Positions 10,737-25,148 are shown, counted from the first letter of the stretch. The stretch: DNA of 64,000 nt from Epiperipatus broadwayi (GCA_028023455.1 JAQFVV010000001.1:496001-560000); one strand, 5' to 3'. The notes: generated by a model not told the origin, from the sequence alone. Program-made: numbers and translations.

Positions 10737-13700
10737 GAATCACACGTTTTCTGACCGTAACAATATTGGCAATCTAAAAGTGAAACTAAAAAAATACTAG
10801 CACAAATTAAATAAATTTTTCATTTTTTTTATAGAAAAACATAAATTATCTTATTTTTCCTCAAAAGATGAATAACTTATATTTTTTTAAAATTAAAATT
10901 AGATTAAAGCTGAATGAATGTAACATTTTATAAAAGAGATAATAAAAATAAAAATTATTTTTTACAAAAAATTTTTAAAATTGAATGTAGAAATAAGCAT
11001 AATGACCTCAATTATCTTGTAATTTATAAAAGTATTCAAAAAAATTAAAAGTTTTCATAAAATTTTATAAACTTCACAGAAACATAACTCTTCTTTTAAA
11101 TAACTTGGTTGCAGCGCCTCTAATCATTAAATTGGTCCTTGAAGATTCTTAAAATTTGTTACCCAGCCCTACAAAGAAAAAGTTTACTGATCCCTGTTCT
11201 AGAAACATGCACATATTCAAATACCTAAGCAGATTTAACAAGCTCTATTGCGTATATAAATTTCAGATTTGTATATCATGATTTAAATAAAATATTATTC
11301 ATCTTCTCACATTATACATCTATTTTGACTAACATAGTCTCATCAGGTGTGCAAGAAGTTTAACCATCTATCAAACATGCTAGCAGCCTGATTTATATAT
11401 CTAAGTATCTTAAAGCATTCTGTTTTCAAAGTCTAAATATACTAACACTTACAATGACATATAAAGTAATTTTAAACACACATCATGCAAAGCATAGACA
11501 ATTATGAACTCATTTGCAACATTATAAAAACTGATAGATATTGCCTACACTAGAAAAAATACATAATAAATAATAAATACAACTAGAATATACATAAATG
11601 GATTTTAGCTAATTGAAATGCATATATAAGCCTTGTCTAGCACATTTTTGTAAACTAGTGTTAAAACACCTGAATATTTGATTTTTTTTTTTTTTTGCTG
11701 AACTTTGTTTCGAAAATAAATTTTTAGCATGTAGTCACAATTTTTTTAGTTTTATATACTATACACCATTAAAAATTAATATACATAACATATTGGGATC
11801 TAATTTTTCAACATTTTAACTTTTCACTAGTGAGCACGCTATGAAAACTGTAATCTTTGTGATGCCATGATAGTTGTCTTATGAGTGTTACAAATTTTTT
11901 AATTTTTGGTTTTTGGAATAATGGTATTTTAACTGTGTATTCACATATATATTTTTTAAAAAATGTAATTATTAATTGTTTTTATTCACAACATAATTCA
12001 CTTCCATTTCTTTTTCTATTAAGAAAGCTTTTATTTTCCTTTTTACTTTACTCCTAATAAAACATATTTTAATATAATTTTCATTAAAAGTATGTCATGT
12101 TTTTTGTACCCCAAAGACCACAGGCTGATTCCATAGATAGATACCTAGGAGATGAATAAAAATGCATGGGCAACCAGCCCAATTCAACGCAGTTAACCAA
12201 TTTGAGAGGCTGAAGATATTTAAAAGGGCACCCAATGAAGCCCCCATAGAGCATCTCAGAAGCCTCAATCTTTATTTTTCGGTGGACCCAAATCTATTTA
12301 TCAAGATGGAAAAGTAATTATTGCATATAGTCACCTCCAAAGGGATTCACTAATGTGGTGGGAGTTGTTTCAGACTCTATCCACTTTTGACAACTACCAA
12401 ACACTGTTGGTGAAAAAAATTTGGAATAGGCAAGATGTCCTGCTATATCAACTATTCCAGGAGAAGTACCGATGAGCTCCAGGAGAGACCTTAACAAAGA
12501 AGTTCTTTCACCACCAAAGTCACAAAATTGAAAACATTCAACACATACCACCTGAACAAAATTAAAATTATCAGTATTGTCAAAAGAAACTTACCACTTA
12601 AGATAAAACAATCATTGCTATGTGCCAATGCCAGAAGCATTGAGCAGGTGGCAGAGTTGCTAAATAATATTGATATGAATAACACCAATCTATCAACGAG
12701 GACATCAGAAAAAAAGAAAAGAGGCCACCATCAATGCTATCTTTTATAAAAAAAGAAAAAATAATAATGATGCCAGCCATTGGAAGGGAAAATCATTTCT
12801 AAGGATTTCTCCATGTACCTGGCCATCTAAAGGAAATAGGATTAGCAGTAGCATGACTAGAATAACCCCCCTCATATCCAGGGAAATGCTCAAAATCAGG
12901 GTGTACCAATCACACACCTACAATCCACAAAAAAACAACTAGAAAAGTACTTGATGTTATGCTCCCCATATCAAGAAACAAAAAATGATCCTGGGGAACA
13001 TGAACCAACTCCTGATTCATGGGAGGACAAAGTGCTCATCTTTACTTTGGAAGCTGCCCCGTGATAGAGATTTTGCTTGAGGCCTTGCTGGTTAGAGTGC
13101 TATTAAATTCTAATAGCCAGATTTTGGTGGTGTCAGACAAATTCTACCAAGATATTCTGACCAAGAACCCAAAAATCAAGATATTACCGGTAAAATCCAT
13201 TCAGGTTATTATGGCTAATAGCAAGAAGGCTAACTAGCACAAAGTAAATCTGGGTTGAGATCAAATAGGCCAAACAATTCTCTATCATGTGCGTTTAATA
13301 AATACTGAATGGCCTAATTCATGATGTCATTCTAGGGGCAGACTTCCTACGCTTGAACACCTGCATTATTGATTTCTGGGATAAAACAAAATAGGTGATA
13401 AGGTATTGGAGATATGATCTGCTTGAGGTTGATTGTATTTTATCCAATATCCCAGAAACACATAAACAACAAGCTCACAGAGTCCAACTTGCTTGGAAAC
13501 GATGACTCATTAAAATGATCTGTAATTAATAGAAAACCGATCTCAGATATACCAGGAGTAATGAATGGGTTCCATCAGAGAATTAGATTAGTACATGACC
13601 AAGGCATTTCAATCCAAATCATACCCTATTCCATACCCGTATCGTGAAGAGATAACTAAACATTAATAAAATACTGGATTGGGGATCATTTCCAAATGCT

Positions 13701-14660
13701 CATCATCTTACTGTAATCCAGTTGTAACTGTGAAGAAGGATGGGTCGATGAGATTTTTGTTCGGATGCCAGACAGCTAAACAAAATTACTGTCCCTGACA
13801 GAAACATTCCACCACCCAAAGAAGGTGTTTTCCACTTTCAATCTAGCATCCAGCTATTGGCAGATTGAACTCCATCCAGATGATCACTAATACACTGCCT
13901 TCCGATATGAGGGTTATATATATATCAGTTTAATAGGATGCCTCTTGGATTGATAAAGTGGTTCTAGTTTGATAAGATGCTTAGATAAGACTATCTGCCT
14001 AGGTTAAGCAGATTATGACTATTTATGTGGATGATGTAATTGCATCTGCCACAATTGAATAACATCTTCAACAATTTGCCATGTTTTTTGAGGAGTGCTA
14101 CAAGAAGGGAATAAAAATCAACGTTCAAGAAGAATACTCTAGTTTCCAACCAGGTAGTCTTCCTAGGTCATATCTTAGGTTGCAATGAAATAAGATCTCA
14201 TCCAGAGAAAATCAGTTCCATTCAAAACTTTCCTAAACCAACCAATAAAAACCAATCATTTTTAAGCCTGTGTAACTTTTACAATTGTTTCTACCAGAAT
14301 TTCTTAGACCGCATGGAACCCATTATTAAACTAATCAGAAAAGATGAGTGATGGAAATGGACCAAGGAACCGGACAAGGCATTTGATAATATTAAAACAG
14401 GGTTTTTAGAGCTTATCATGTTTGCCTTCCCTGATTTTAATAAACCATTTATTGTCCAGACAGATAATAGTGGTTTCGGATTAGGGGTAACGCTATAATA
14501 GAACCAGAAGGATGGCCAGCCTGGGGTCCTCTATTTTATCAGCCAGCTCCTGAAGGATCCAGAAATAAATTACACAGTTACTGAGAAAGAAGCACTAGTG
14601 ATAGGGTGGGCCTTCCAAAAGTTTTGATAGATGCTACTTGGATTGTAGGCGATAGTGATC

Positions 14661-14801
14661 ATAGATCACAAAGCCTCAAAATCTGAATCACAATTATCTG
14701 ATCAATAGTTATCAGATGGAGTTTGCTGTTATAGACCACAAAGCCTCGAATTCCTGAATCACGGCTATCTGATCAATAGTTATCAGATGGAGTTTGCTGT
14801 T
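14661..14801. repeat. 70/71-bp tandem duplication inside Gypsy RNase H
   Basis: Copies at 14661-14730 and 14731-14801. Confidence 0.9.
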
Positions 14802-15463
14802 ATATGAATTCAATTATGCCGTGCAATACTGTAAGGGATCCAAGAATGTTGTAGCTGACGTACTTAATCGAAACCCTGCAGATCAGAACAGAATCATTTG
14901 TTGGTAGAGAATACCTACATTTCAAATACAATTTAATGACTAATAAGTAATGTAGAGAACATATCCCAATTACAATTTGAAGACCTTGATTTAAACCTAA
15001 TCATGAAAGTTTTAAAGGGAATGTGCCAAAGGATCTCACTTGCTATAATACAGAAAACCAGGGTCCTATTTTACGAAGTAAGGATGAGTGGAGGGGGGTA
15101 ACACCTAAAATGTGTTCTATTCATAGAATATATCCACTTTATATAGACATTTTGGTGCTCATAAAACAACACCCTATGAGAACATTGTTTCACTGGCCAC
15201 GAATGTATAAAGACATCTTAGTCACTTCAAAATTGCCTAGTGTGCCTGCAAAGCAAACTAGTAAAACCAAAATTGTAGTAACGCATTAAAATCTATTACT
15301 CCTAAAAGACCAAATGAGATCTTGGTGATCGATTATTATGGGCCTTTGCCTCCATGTAATAAACAAAAATATTTATTGGTTGCTTACGATCTCTTCTCAA
15401 AATACATTTCAGCTTTCCCAATACCCCAAGCTAATACCAGACACAATGTATTAGACACCCTCC

Positions 15464-15786
15464 AATTCTTGATGATAGGAAAGCTTAAGGCTATTTTAAC
15501 AGACCATGGTATGCCTTTCCTATCCAAAGAAAAAAAAAATGGGTGAAAAAATCTTAGCTCAATATATGCTGACACCATCAGAAATCCACAGTTGAACCCT
15601 TGTGAACATGTAATGCGGGAGCTCGAATTCTTGATGATAGGAAAGCTTAAGGCTATTTTAACAGACCATGGTATGCCTTTCCTATCCAAAGAAAAAAAAA
15701 TGGGTGAAAAAATCTTAGCTCAACACGTGCTGACACCATCCGGAATCCACAGTTGAACCCTTGTGAACATGTAATGCGGGAGCTCG
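15464..15786. repeat. 162-bp tandem duplication inside Gypsy integrase
   Basis: aattcttgatgataggaaag... at 15464 and 15626. Confidence 0.95.
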
Positions 15787-16075
15787 AACATTTGTTCAGG
15801 ACTTACCTGGAGGATGAGTACAAGGGTGGGTAAAGCAAACAGAAGCATGATATAGTCAACCACATCAATTCATCAACTGGATTCACGCCCATCTGACTAC
15901 ACTTCAACCAGACTATTCCCATATTATTTGACAAATAACAACCCCTAATAAAGTGTACCAATTGTGACTCAGAAAGAGACATATTGAAAGCATATGACTG
16001 ACAAACAGAGCAGAAAAAAGAAACAAAAACAAAAAAGGGAGTGTTCACAACTTCAAGATAAGGGACCAAGTATTC

Positions 16076-16365
16076 ATCAAAACAAACAATATAAGCAAAT
16101 TATTAGAGAAAAAATATCAGAAGTTTTATCAACAGTATGAGGGACCATTCAGTATTCTGTGACAGTTAGGTCCAAATGCATTTTGGATAGAGATAAGAGT
16201 GGAAGTTAAAGGGACATATAATCAAAACAAACAATATAAGCAAATTATTAGAGAATAAATATCAGAAGTTTTATCAACAGTATGAGGGACCATTCAGTAA
16301 TCTGTGACAGTCAGGTCCAAATGCATTTTGGATAGAGATAAGAGTGGAAGTTAAAGGGACATATA
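16076..16365. repeat. 145-bp tandem duplication at the Gypsy integrase C-terminus
   Basis: atcaaaacaaacaatataagc... at 16076 and 16221. Confidence 0.95.
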
Positions 16366-19300
16366 ACATCCAACATCCACATCCTAAAACCATATCTTGG
16401 TCAATCAGAGTGACCACAGAGATAATATGCTGAATTGATAAGTAAATTAAATGATAGGCATGATTTTTGGTTAAAGTTTGTAAAAAAAGAGTGAGATAAC
16501 ATGAAAAAAATGGGTTCATCAATTTATGATGAGAGTTTTCCCAAGTGATCAAAAAAGCAATTTCTGGGGTGTTTAGTGTCAACCGAGGTGGGATTTTATC
16601 CATGCAGAATGTTTCAATAGATTTATCACTTTTTATGGTTGGGTGTATCAATCTGTTGATACTCACATAAATGCATCAGAGTTGTAGACGTATAAAGTTT
16701 AAGAGAAAAGCAAATTTCCAACAAAACAAAAAAAATTTTTTTTTATCAATTCATTGGCTAGACCTCCCTAGAAACTATGATGTAACATTCTAGATCTACT
16801 ATTTTGAGCCCCAAAGTTGGCTGCACCGATACAATGGTCTGGCTTTTCCACCAGAAGAGGGGGAATACATCTAACTACAGTCGGACTTAGGATCTTCAGG
16901 CAGAATGCTGTGACTGCCGTGATAAACTAACTAACCAATGATTATATCCACCTTCAATGGGCAAACTCTTGGTTTACTCATTAAATCTTAATATAAATTT
17001 AGGCTAGTTCATCCATACCTCACCCCTCTTTGGATTCCATTACACCTCAGTATTCAAACGCACAAAGAATGTTGTCTTTGGTTCTCTCCAGGAGTGAATT
17101 TATGTAGCAACTAAGTTTTTATTGACCTAAAATACATCCAACCCTATTGCGGTGTTATGTATTATAATAATCTGTATCTGTATGCATATATATATATTTA
17201 ATCAATTAAATTAATTAGTGAGTGTATGAACGAGTTCAATAACAAATTTTATTAATAATAGTCGAAATTCTATTCACATGGCAAAAGATGTTCTTATATG
17301 TGTCCCATATGCATCTCTACCATTTTTAATAACTAAATTATTCATTATACCAACCCATATCCCTGGTAGATAGACACTTTATTTACAAAGGCAATAAGAT
17401 TAGCTAAGATACATAAATAAAATAAAATAAAAATTATGATGATGACCGCAAAGCTAAATAACTATTTACAAGATCACAGTATGTCTAATAGGTCCATGAT
17501 CCAATTTCTGCTGTAAGGGTCTTCTTTGGAACCCACCCCCTATGTACAAGTTTCCTGAATTAGATAGAAAAAACTTTCATATTAGAATATTAGTCATTCA
17601 CCCTGAATAAACTAAATGTAACAATTATTAGTGAAAAAATATAATGTAAACTGTGCCCTGCACTAGTAAGTGCAAATTAATATGGAAGAGCGATCAAAAA
17701 TTCTTATCTCATCCATATCATGTGATGATGATGATGACATAATGCTGAGTCACTATAAAGGGAATCAACCTAAATTTTATTTACAAAACAAAACAAAAAT
17801 TTTCTAGCTTAATCAAACTCTCCCCACCATTCCATGTTGCTTCTTATGGAAAGGATTCTCCCGATTGCAAACATGCAGAAATTTCCAAGTGGAAAATAAT
17901 AAAAGTAGAATTTTGCAAATGTATAAAGTAAAAGTATATATATAACATGATAATTTTGATAATGTTTTGCATGGGTACAGTTCATTCTGATAACGCCTCC
18001 ATCTTTCTCCAGATTCTCCGGTAATGCTTGGACAAGATTTCCATTTCAAACATCTCTCTCTTCCAGGCTCCACTCAATGCTTCAGACTAAGCATTAGGTA
18101 TTTGTTAGGCTTTATTTATAAAGTTACATCATGCTTCATGGCAATTAAGATTGCACCCCGGTCCTAAGGCATGTTTATCTACCAATAGGCATTGTTTGGT
18201 AATTTTTTAAAAAAAAATTAATTTCCTTCAGCTTATACATGATATTGAGGAAATTTATGCAAAGTGGTTACTTCATTGTTTATCACTCTATATGCTGGCT
18301 ATATAAGGTTCCTTTTTTTTCTTTTTTGATTGTGCAGTCTTCTGTTTTCAATTATCGCTATAAAATTATTTTAATTCTTACTACAATGCTAACGTTCATT
18401 GATTTTTGCCTTGTTAAATGTTGGACAATTTACTTTAATTCTCAGTGCTTTAAAATATGATAAATAGATAATATCTTTGAACACATCATCCATTTTATCC
18501 TTTGTTTTTTATTGTGTTCGATATTAAACTATTAGCTGCTTGCGGTTGTTATAACACTTGATAAAATGTGAACAAGAACAGAAATGGATTGGGTCTGTAT
18601 TTATACTGGGACTTAACATCTGTTGTCCAGCAAACTCGCATTTCAATTTCCTTTTCTATCACTGTAGGTGCATATTATTGCACAAAATAATGTTTGTTGT
18701 TGATGTTATGTAATAGAATTATATAGTAAAATTCTATTCTCATTTTCCAACACCTGGTTGCTTAGATATTGACTAAATCTCAGGTCATCAACACATCTGC
18801 CACATTACCATCCTATACTGTGATGTTTACACATTAACAAACAAGTCATTATTGATATATATATATATACATGAAAGGTTTCTAAGATTAAGCTGTTATT
18901 TTCCATTAATAAGGAGCATTTACTTCATTTCAATACTATTTTGTTTTGGTGCTTATTAAAACAAACTTCAAGTGTGTGTGTGTATTTATATGTACGCTTG
19001 CATATAGATAAATGATATCACTATATAACCTATTATTTCAGTTTGTTTTTTTATGTTTAGTCTAATACTATGGATATATAAGGGTAGGTTTGAACCAAAT
19101 TATAAACTATCCTTACTATATATAACAGATTTGGTATGTGTACATAATATATTTGTATATGTGATTAAAAATGTGAAATATTCTTTTAATTGAAAATATT
19201 GCTTTTGATTAGAAATATTTATTTTAAAAAATGCTTACCAAAACTATTGTAAATGAACTTAACTTAATACATATAATTTTACTTTAAATCAATTTAACAC

Positions 19301-19439
19301 AAATAATGTATATATTCCTGCAGTAATTTAATATTACTTTTTATGTATATAAATAATCAAGCATTAAAAAGTTAAAAAGTAAAGTGTTTGTAAATATATG
19401 ATAAAATTTGTTATCAATTCTTTAAACTTTTTTGATCAT

Positions 19440-20620
19440 AATATTGTTGCATCTTTTGAAGATGGATTATAATTTATAAAATGTTTAAAAGTTGGCTAGT
19501 AGGTATGCCTGTTGTTGCACAAGTTTGCAATTTTGTTTTATCTACATATGAAAGTAAAATTTTAGATATGTGTACTTTTAAAGATAATAAAATTCACAAA
19601 ATGTATATGGATGTTTTTGTTTATGGACATAATTCTATAAATTTGCTTGTAGAAAAGTTAAATAATTTGAGTTTGTTTGAAATGGACTACTGAAAAAGAA
19701 TTGGATAAAAATATTAAGTATTTGGATTTATTTATTAAAAGAGATAAGAGTATGTTAAGTTATAAATTAGTAATCAAATTTCTGCAAAAAAAGGATATAT
19801 AAATTGTAAATCAAAAGTACCAATTATGCATAATATGATAAGTTTTAGATCTTTTTTGTGTCTCAATGAATAATTATATTGATATCAAAGTGATAAATTA
19901 AAAAATATTGAGATATTAAGGAATTGCTTAAAGTTCATTATAAAATTGAATAGATTAATAATACTTTATGACAATTTAAAAAGAGTTATAATAATGTAAA
20001 GGAGTTGAAGATTGTTAATAAAAAAAGATATCTTGTCAAGTGTTAGTAGGGGAAAGGTCAGCATCAGCGCAGCTGCTTTGCAAGCAAGCAGTTGCTTGCA
20101 GACAGTTCTCGCGGATTCGCTTCCCGGCCGATGCTTTGACATATAGAAAAAAATGGATATCTTTTCCATATACTTCAAATGCTCAACTGAAATTTTTTAA
20201 GGAAATATATAAGGATGTGTTTAATGTTTCATTTTCTGTTTCAAATATCAATGTAATAAGTTAGTAAATAATTCTAAAAGTGTCATACCTGTCAAGAAAA
20301 AAAATGTGTAACAAATTTTTTGTGGATGTATGTTATTACGTATAAGTGAATCAAGGTGCACTATAGAGAAAATATTAAATGAACATGAATTGTAATGTAA
20401 GTGTGTGAAAAGTAAAAATAATGATTTAATGATTGCTTCAGTTTTCTTAGATCATGAAAGGTCATGTAAATGTAAATTTAAGTTTGATCTTGAAAGTGTT
20501 AAGATTCTTCATGAAGAGAAAAACCGTAATAAAAGAAAAATTAAGGAGGCAATTTTAATAAATAGAAATAAAATGAATATAATTAATAGACAAGCTGCTA
20601 ACATTAAAATTTGGGATTAA
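19440..20620 (+). mobile_element. Penelope-like element relic: RT plus GIY-YIG endonuclease
   Basis: VGMPVVAQVCNFVLSTYESKIL resembles PLE MGSPVSxVxANxxMxxFE. KMYMDVF resembles RYVDDVF. WTTEKELDKNIKYLD resembles FTxExExxxxLPFLD. ISESRCTIEKILNEH resembles IGETxRxLxxRLxEH. FKFDLESVKILHEEKNRNKRKIKEAILIN is the typical PLE GIY-YIG C-terminus. Interrupted by a SINE at 20060. Confidence 0.75.
20060..20153 (+). mobile_element. tRNA-derived short SINE, diverged copy
   Basis: agcatcag...gctgctttgcaagc...ggattcgcttcccggccgatgctttgacatatagaaaaaaa; homologous to 43586 and 52367. Confidence 0.7.
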
Positions 20621-23600
20621 TGAGATTTGAATTGATGACATTTGCTTCCATTGTGTTTTATGAATTTACAGCAGTTGAGGAGAGACTTAAGGAATTAACT
20701 GAAAGTACTTCTATGGATTAAAGACTATATTTATATTTAATTACCATTATATTTATTAATTATATATTGATATCAAATTTGGCATGTGTATTTAATTATA
20801 TATGTATAAAAAATCCATAAGTAGTGTTTAAAATTGACTTTCTTTTTTTTTGTGAATTTTTTTTAAAAAAGTTTAACAAAACTATATTATAAACAAACTT
20901 TATTATATAAAAAAAATCTTTAAATCACCCTCTCGAGAATCTTACTTAAAACAAATAAAAAGTTCTAAGAAAAATTTTTATATATCAAAATACTCAATAT
21001 TTTCCTACCCCCTGTTTCATATCTAAGAAACTAGGTGATTTACTGAAAAGACTAGTGTCTAATTGTATATCAAATTTCAAGCAATTCTATTGAATTTAAA
21101 TGTATTAAACCTCAATTTTAGAATTTCATTCTAACTTAAAAAAGATCAAAAGTTTACAAATTAATATACTTCAATAAAAGCATTAAAAAAACTATTTAGG
21201 CAAAAAATACTTTCCAGAACAATTATTTATTAAAGGGTGATAGTAAAATCACAATTTAAAAAATAATGAATCCATAAAACAAAGTACGTATTTTTATGGT
21301 AATAATTTTAAAATCAAAGAAAGCAAATAGCAGGTGTAAAAAAATGATGTACATTATGTTTGTAAATGGTATTTAATTTCTAAGAGATTTAATTTATAAT
21401 AAAATATTTATATTTTATATAAATGAATTGTATAATTTAATTAATTGTAATAATTTAATTGGAATGTATAGGATATTGTTTTTTTAATTATTAATATTTT
21501 TGTAATTAATGTTTGCTATTAGAAATCATCACCCTCAACCATTATTCATTTTTGATTTTTTTAAAAATAAAAGTACTTTTATTTTTTTCTTTCCAAATTT
21601 TATCTTAATAAAACATACTATTTTCATTAAATGTGTAACTTATGTCCTTTTATGAAATATAGTTTCACCTATGTAAGTGGGGTTTGTTGATTGCATTTTT
21701 CACATTATTCCATAAATACCATTTATATTATCCATGTTATTTTCATTTTCATTTACATATTTTGTCTTTTATTTGTTTTCTATTTTAAATATTTTATTTA
21801 TAATGTTATTTTGCATCATGTTTTTAATCCTTTATATTTGCATGATTTATTTTAAATATAATTGTGCCACAAACATTATTTGTATCTTCTATTTTTTGTA
21901 AAGATGTTTTTAATTATATTAATTTGATATTTGGAAATTCTTTTATTTTCTTTGTTTAATGTTTATATATATATTGTGACCTTTTGATTAGTTCACCGTA
22001 ATAAGATGTACTTAATCATCCAAAATTTTACATTTTAAAAATATAACTGGCACTAATAACTTAATAGATATTTTAATAGAGACTTTAAAAGATATTATAA
22101 ACATACAATTGTTTTTATTCGTTTGTGATTTTTTTTTTTTTAGGTCTATAAATAATTTTATAATAATATATTTTTAAAAAATAATTATAATAATAAAAGA
22201 TCGATAATTTCAATAGTTTAGTAAAATATTTTTATAAAGTTGACTAAATACATTATTTTATGTTTAAATTAAAAAGGTGAATTTAATTAGTTTTGAAATA
22301 TTATTTTTCATGTTAAAAATTAAAATGCTCAGCAAATGAGACAACTTTCATGTAATATTGCTGGAATTTTGGATAGAAGTCAGACGATTAAAAAAAAAAA
22401 AAAAGAGGGAAAGAAAAAACAAATAGAACCAATAAGTAACTAAAGTCGTAGGAAATATTTGGTAAAATTCAGATGATTATAAAGATAATTTTGTGCTATA
22501 ACTGTAATTTAATTTACATTAGTAAAAATCAAGATAATATGCATTGGATAAATAATTATATCATGCAGTAAATAAGTAATTTCTTCGTTGGTCACAAAGT
22601 CATAGTTTGGGAAATCAAATTACAATTCTAAAAAAAATGCTAATGCAGAAAAAGTTGCCAGTGGATCTTATTATTATGGTGAACAGTCAAATAAATAAGG
22701 ATAATATTGATTCATTTCAAGCGGTTAGAAGTTGGACAATCTTTCACGTAAGTCAAAACAGTTTCAGTTATCTATACTTCATTATATACTTAAAAGATAA
22801 TTTAACTTTATGATATAAAAAAAACTGAATTAAAGTCAGAATAAAAATCTTTAAAGAATAACTTACAGAAATGTGGAAAACAAATAATAGGGATAATAAT
22901 TAAATTGATTTACATTATTAAAACTGATCCTACAATATTTTTTTTTTGTAAGAAGATACACCTATAGTAGTGTAAATAGGAATAATTTTATTTAACTGAC
23001 TTATAAATATTTAGTTGGAAGAGTCAATAATAAATGCAAAATAACTCATAGGAGTTAAAATTTTTCCATAGAAAAGAAAACATATATATTATGAGACTTG
23101 ATGTCAATAAACTGTAATATAAACATAGAAATAAAATAATGAATTTATGTTAAAAGGTTTTGATCAACACTTTAAAAACATTTGAATAGTTATATTTGAC
23201 ATAATCCATTAATCTACTAATTCCAGTAAATGTATAATAGTGGGATACGAAAATCTCTGATTATTAAATGGTTTCAGAGAATATTTAAACTTTAAAAAAA
23301 TAATAATAATAAATCCTCATTTTATTATAATTGCATCGTTTTTCAAATATTGAAGAGGCTATCTATTAGATAATTAACAAATGCATTCAAAGTCCTGATG
23401 TGGAAGAAAACCTGAACTATCAGCTTTACATGTATAAATTAATCACCAAAAAAAAAAAAAAAAGAAAAACAAGAAACTAAATAATAATTTTCTATTCTTG
23501 GATAGGAATTAGAGAATGGCTAACTTTATATATATTTTTTTGTTTGTTATGAAGTTAATTTTCACTATGTTAAAGAATTGTTTTATATGTTAATGTTTAA

Positions 23601-23774
23601 GTTATAATTTTAGATCTATTCCAAATGAGAACATTATAGATGTGAAGTAAATAGAAGAGTGAAATGGGTAAAATAATGTTCTATAAAATCATATCAAGGT
23701 AAGATTAATGTATGATATATTTTAAAATATAAGTTGATTAGTATAAGGTAATGTTAAAGAACCTAGTAATATAA

Positions 23775-23810
23775 TGAAACAGTAAGATTTGTATTCAAAT
23801 CTTAGTTTCA
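23775..23810. repeat. Second copy of the hairpin repeat at 8168
   Basis: tgaaacagt-AAGATTTG-tatt-CAAATCTT-agtttca. Confidence 0.7.
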
Positions 23811-24306
23811 CCTTAGTTCTATCATCGCTCCACCTCTCACCCATTATTATTAGTTTACATAGGTCCTGACCTTGAATATTGGATTTTGTGCGTAATACTA
23901 TAACATGTATAGTTATTTAAAAGCATCGTATATATGTACACACTCCAATGTTGTCTATTTTAAAATAGCGCACTGCAAATGATTATTAGATTTGTCGTGC
24001 GACTTAATAAAATCTAAAATAGTTTTATTTTAAGTGAAAACATATTTATTATTATTTAGGTCAGATTTATGTAATACTTAAATTATAAATCTAAAAAAAT
24101 TCTTTTAAATTGTAAACGTAAAGATATTTTAAAAATAGATATTCCCCTGCTAATTAGAGTGCAAATCATAGCAGGAGGGGGAAAAGATTACAGAACTAAA
24201 AAGTATTCTTAAACTTATAATTGTAAATAAAAGGTTTGTTAAAAGCATTTCTAATTACGTCATGTAAGGTAAATTAAAAAGGTGGTCGGATTGAAATTTC
24301 AACATG

Positions 24307-25148
24307 TGTCACTAATGCATCCGTGACCTAAAGGGATATATAGCACAGACCAGAGAGACCGCTTGGATGGATGGCACAGTTGTTTGATGGATCCGAGAGA
24401 TAAAGAAAAAGAGAATAAAAGCAACAACTGGTTATAAAAAAAAGATCAGAGCTATTAAATTGAAAAAGTATGCTGTTACCGTTTATGTTTTATCCAGATC
24501 CTAATTTTCATTTAGCAACGTGCGAAGAGTAGGCGACTGCTGCACTTCTCTGGACTGTGGCTATGGAGAGACAAAGCTTCCCATAAAAATGCAATAAAAC
24601 TCGAACTTAGACTGCTGCCTGCATATTTCTCCTAAATGTAAACGCTGTTCAACACGGAACCTCAGACTCTCTCATCAAGTGTGCACACTTCCACTAGTCA
24701 AAGGTAAACGATACCCAGGATCAACAGACTGTCTTTTAAACTCTAAAGTTAAATTTTATTCTCTGCTGTACCTTTAATCTTTCATATTTTAAATTCAACG
24801 TAGTGTAATTTTCCACTAAACTTTAATATCGATTTTGTAAATTGTGTAAAAGTAATATTATATTTATAACTCTCATTAAATCAATCTATTCTTATTCTAC
24901 TTGGGTATCTAAATTTTTGTTTGTTATTAGTTAGATATTATATTTCATGCCTGCCTGATTTCCGAGCTGATATTTTCTTCCCATTTTTTTATTAGCAAAA
25001 GAGTTGCCACTCTTTTGTGACTTTAGATTCATGTAAACCCGTATCTTTTAATAAATACTCAGCTCGGGAATAATAATTTTAATTCAATGTGTATTATGAA
25101 GACGAGATCTTATAATTATTAATATAGTGTATTAGCTACTTGGCGATC
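24307..25148 (+). mobile_element. LTR-like segment (24307-25140) followed by a PBS-like TGGCGATC
   Basis: Starts tgtcactaatgca, the exact reverse complement of the 9996-10008 end. Ends tgtattagctact (9/13 inverted match). TATA-like site ~24433, AATAAA ~24593, tggcgatc at 25141. Confidence 0.45.

Larger units (their letters stand above)
12130..16865 (+). mobile_element. Decayed Ty3/Gypsy LTR retrotransposon body (gag-PR-RT-RNaseH-IN), no 5' LTR found
   Basis: Gag-like SHLQRDSLMWWELF (~12330). Protease VRVLLNSNSQILVVS and DVILGADFL (13090-13350). RT CNPVVTVKKDGSMRF, YWQIELHP, IYVDD (13710-14040). RNase H FIVQTDNSGFGLG and NYTVTEKEAL (14450-14600). Integrase HWPRMYKDI, DYYGPLP, LVAYDLFSKY (15190-15410). 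PPT agaagagggggaa at 16853-16865. Many stops and frameshifts. Confidence 0.9.

Noticed and set aside
11100-11204. Charlie-like right end (gatccctg|ttctagaa); similar left end at ~62252
   Set aside because: No matching partner end or TSD pair was found, so an element cannot be defined.
9439-16865. 9439-10008 as the 5' LTR of the Gypsy body
   Set aside because: The sequence after the PPT at 16866 shows no similarity to 9439 onward, and there is no PBS after 10008.
17813-18073. 86-aa minus-strand ORF in a GC-richer patch
   Set aside because: No recognisable domain or convincing splice context.
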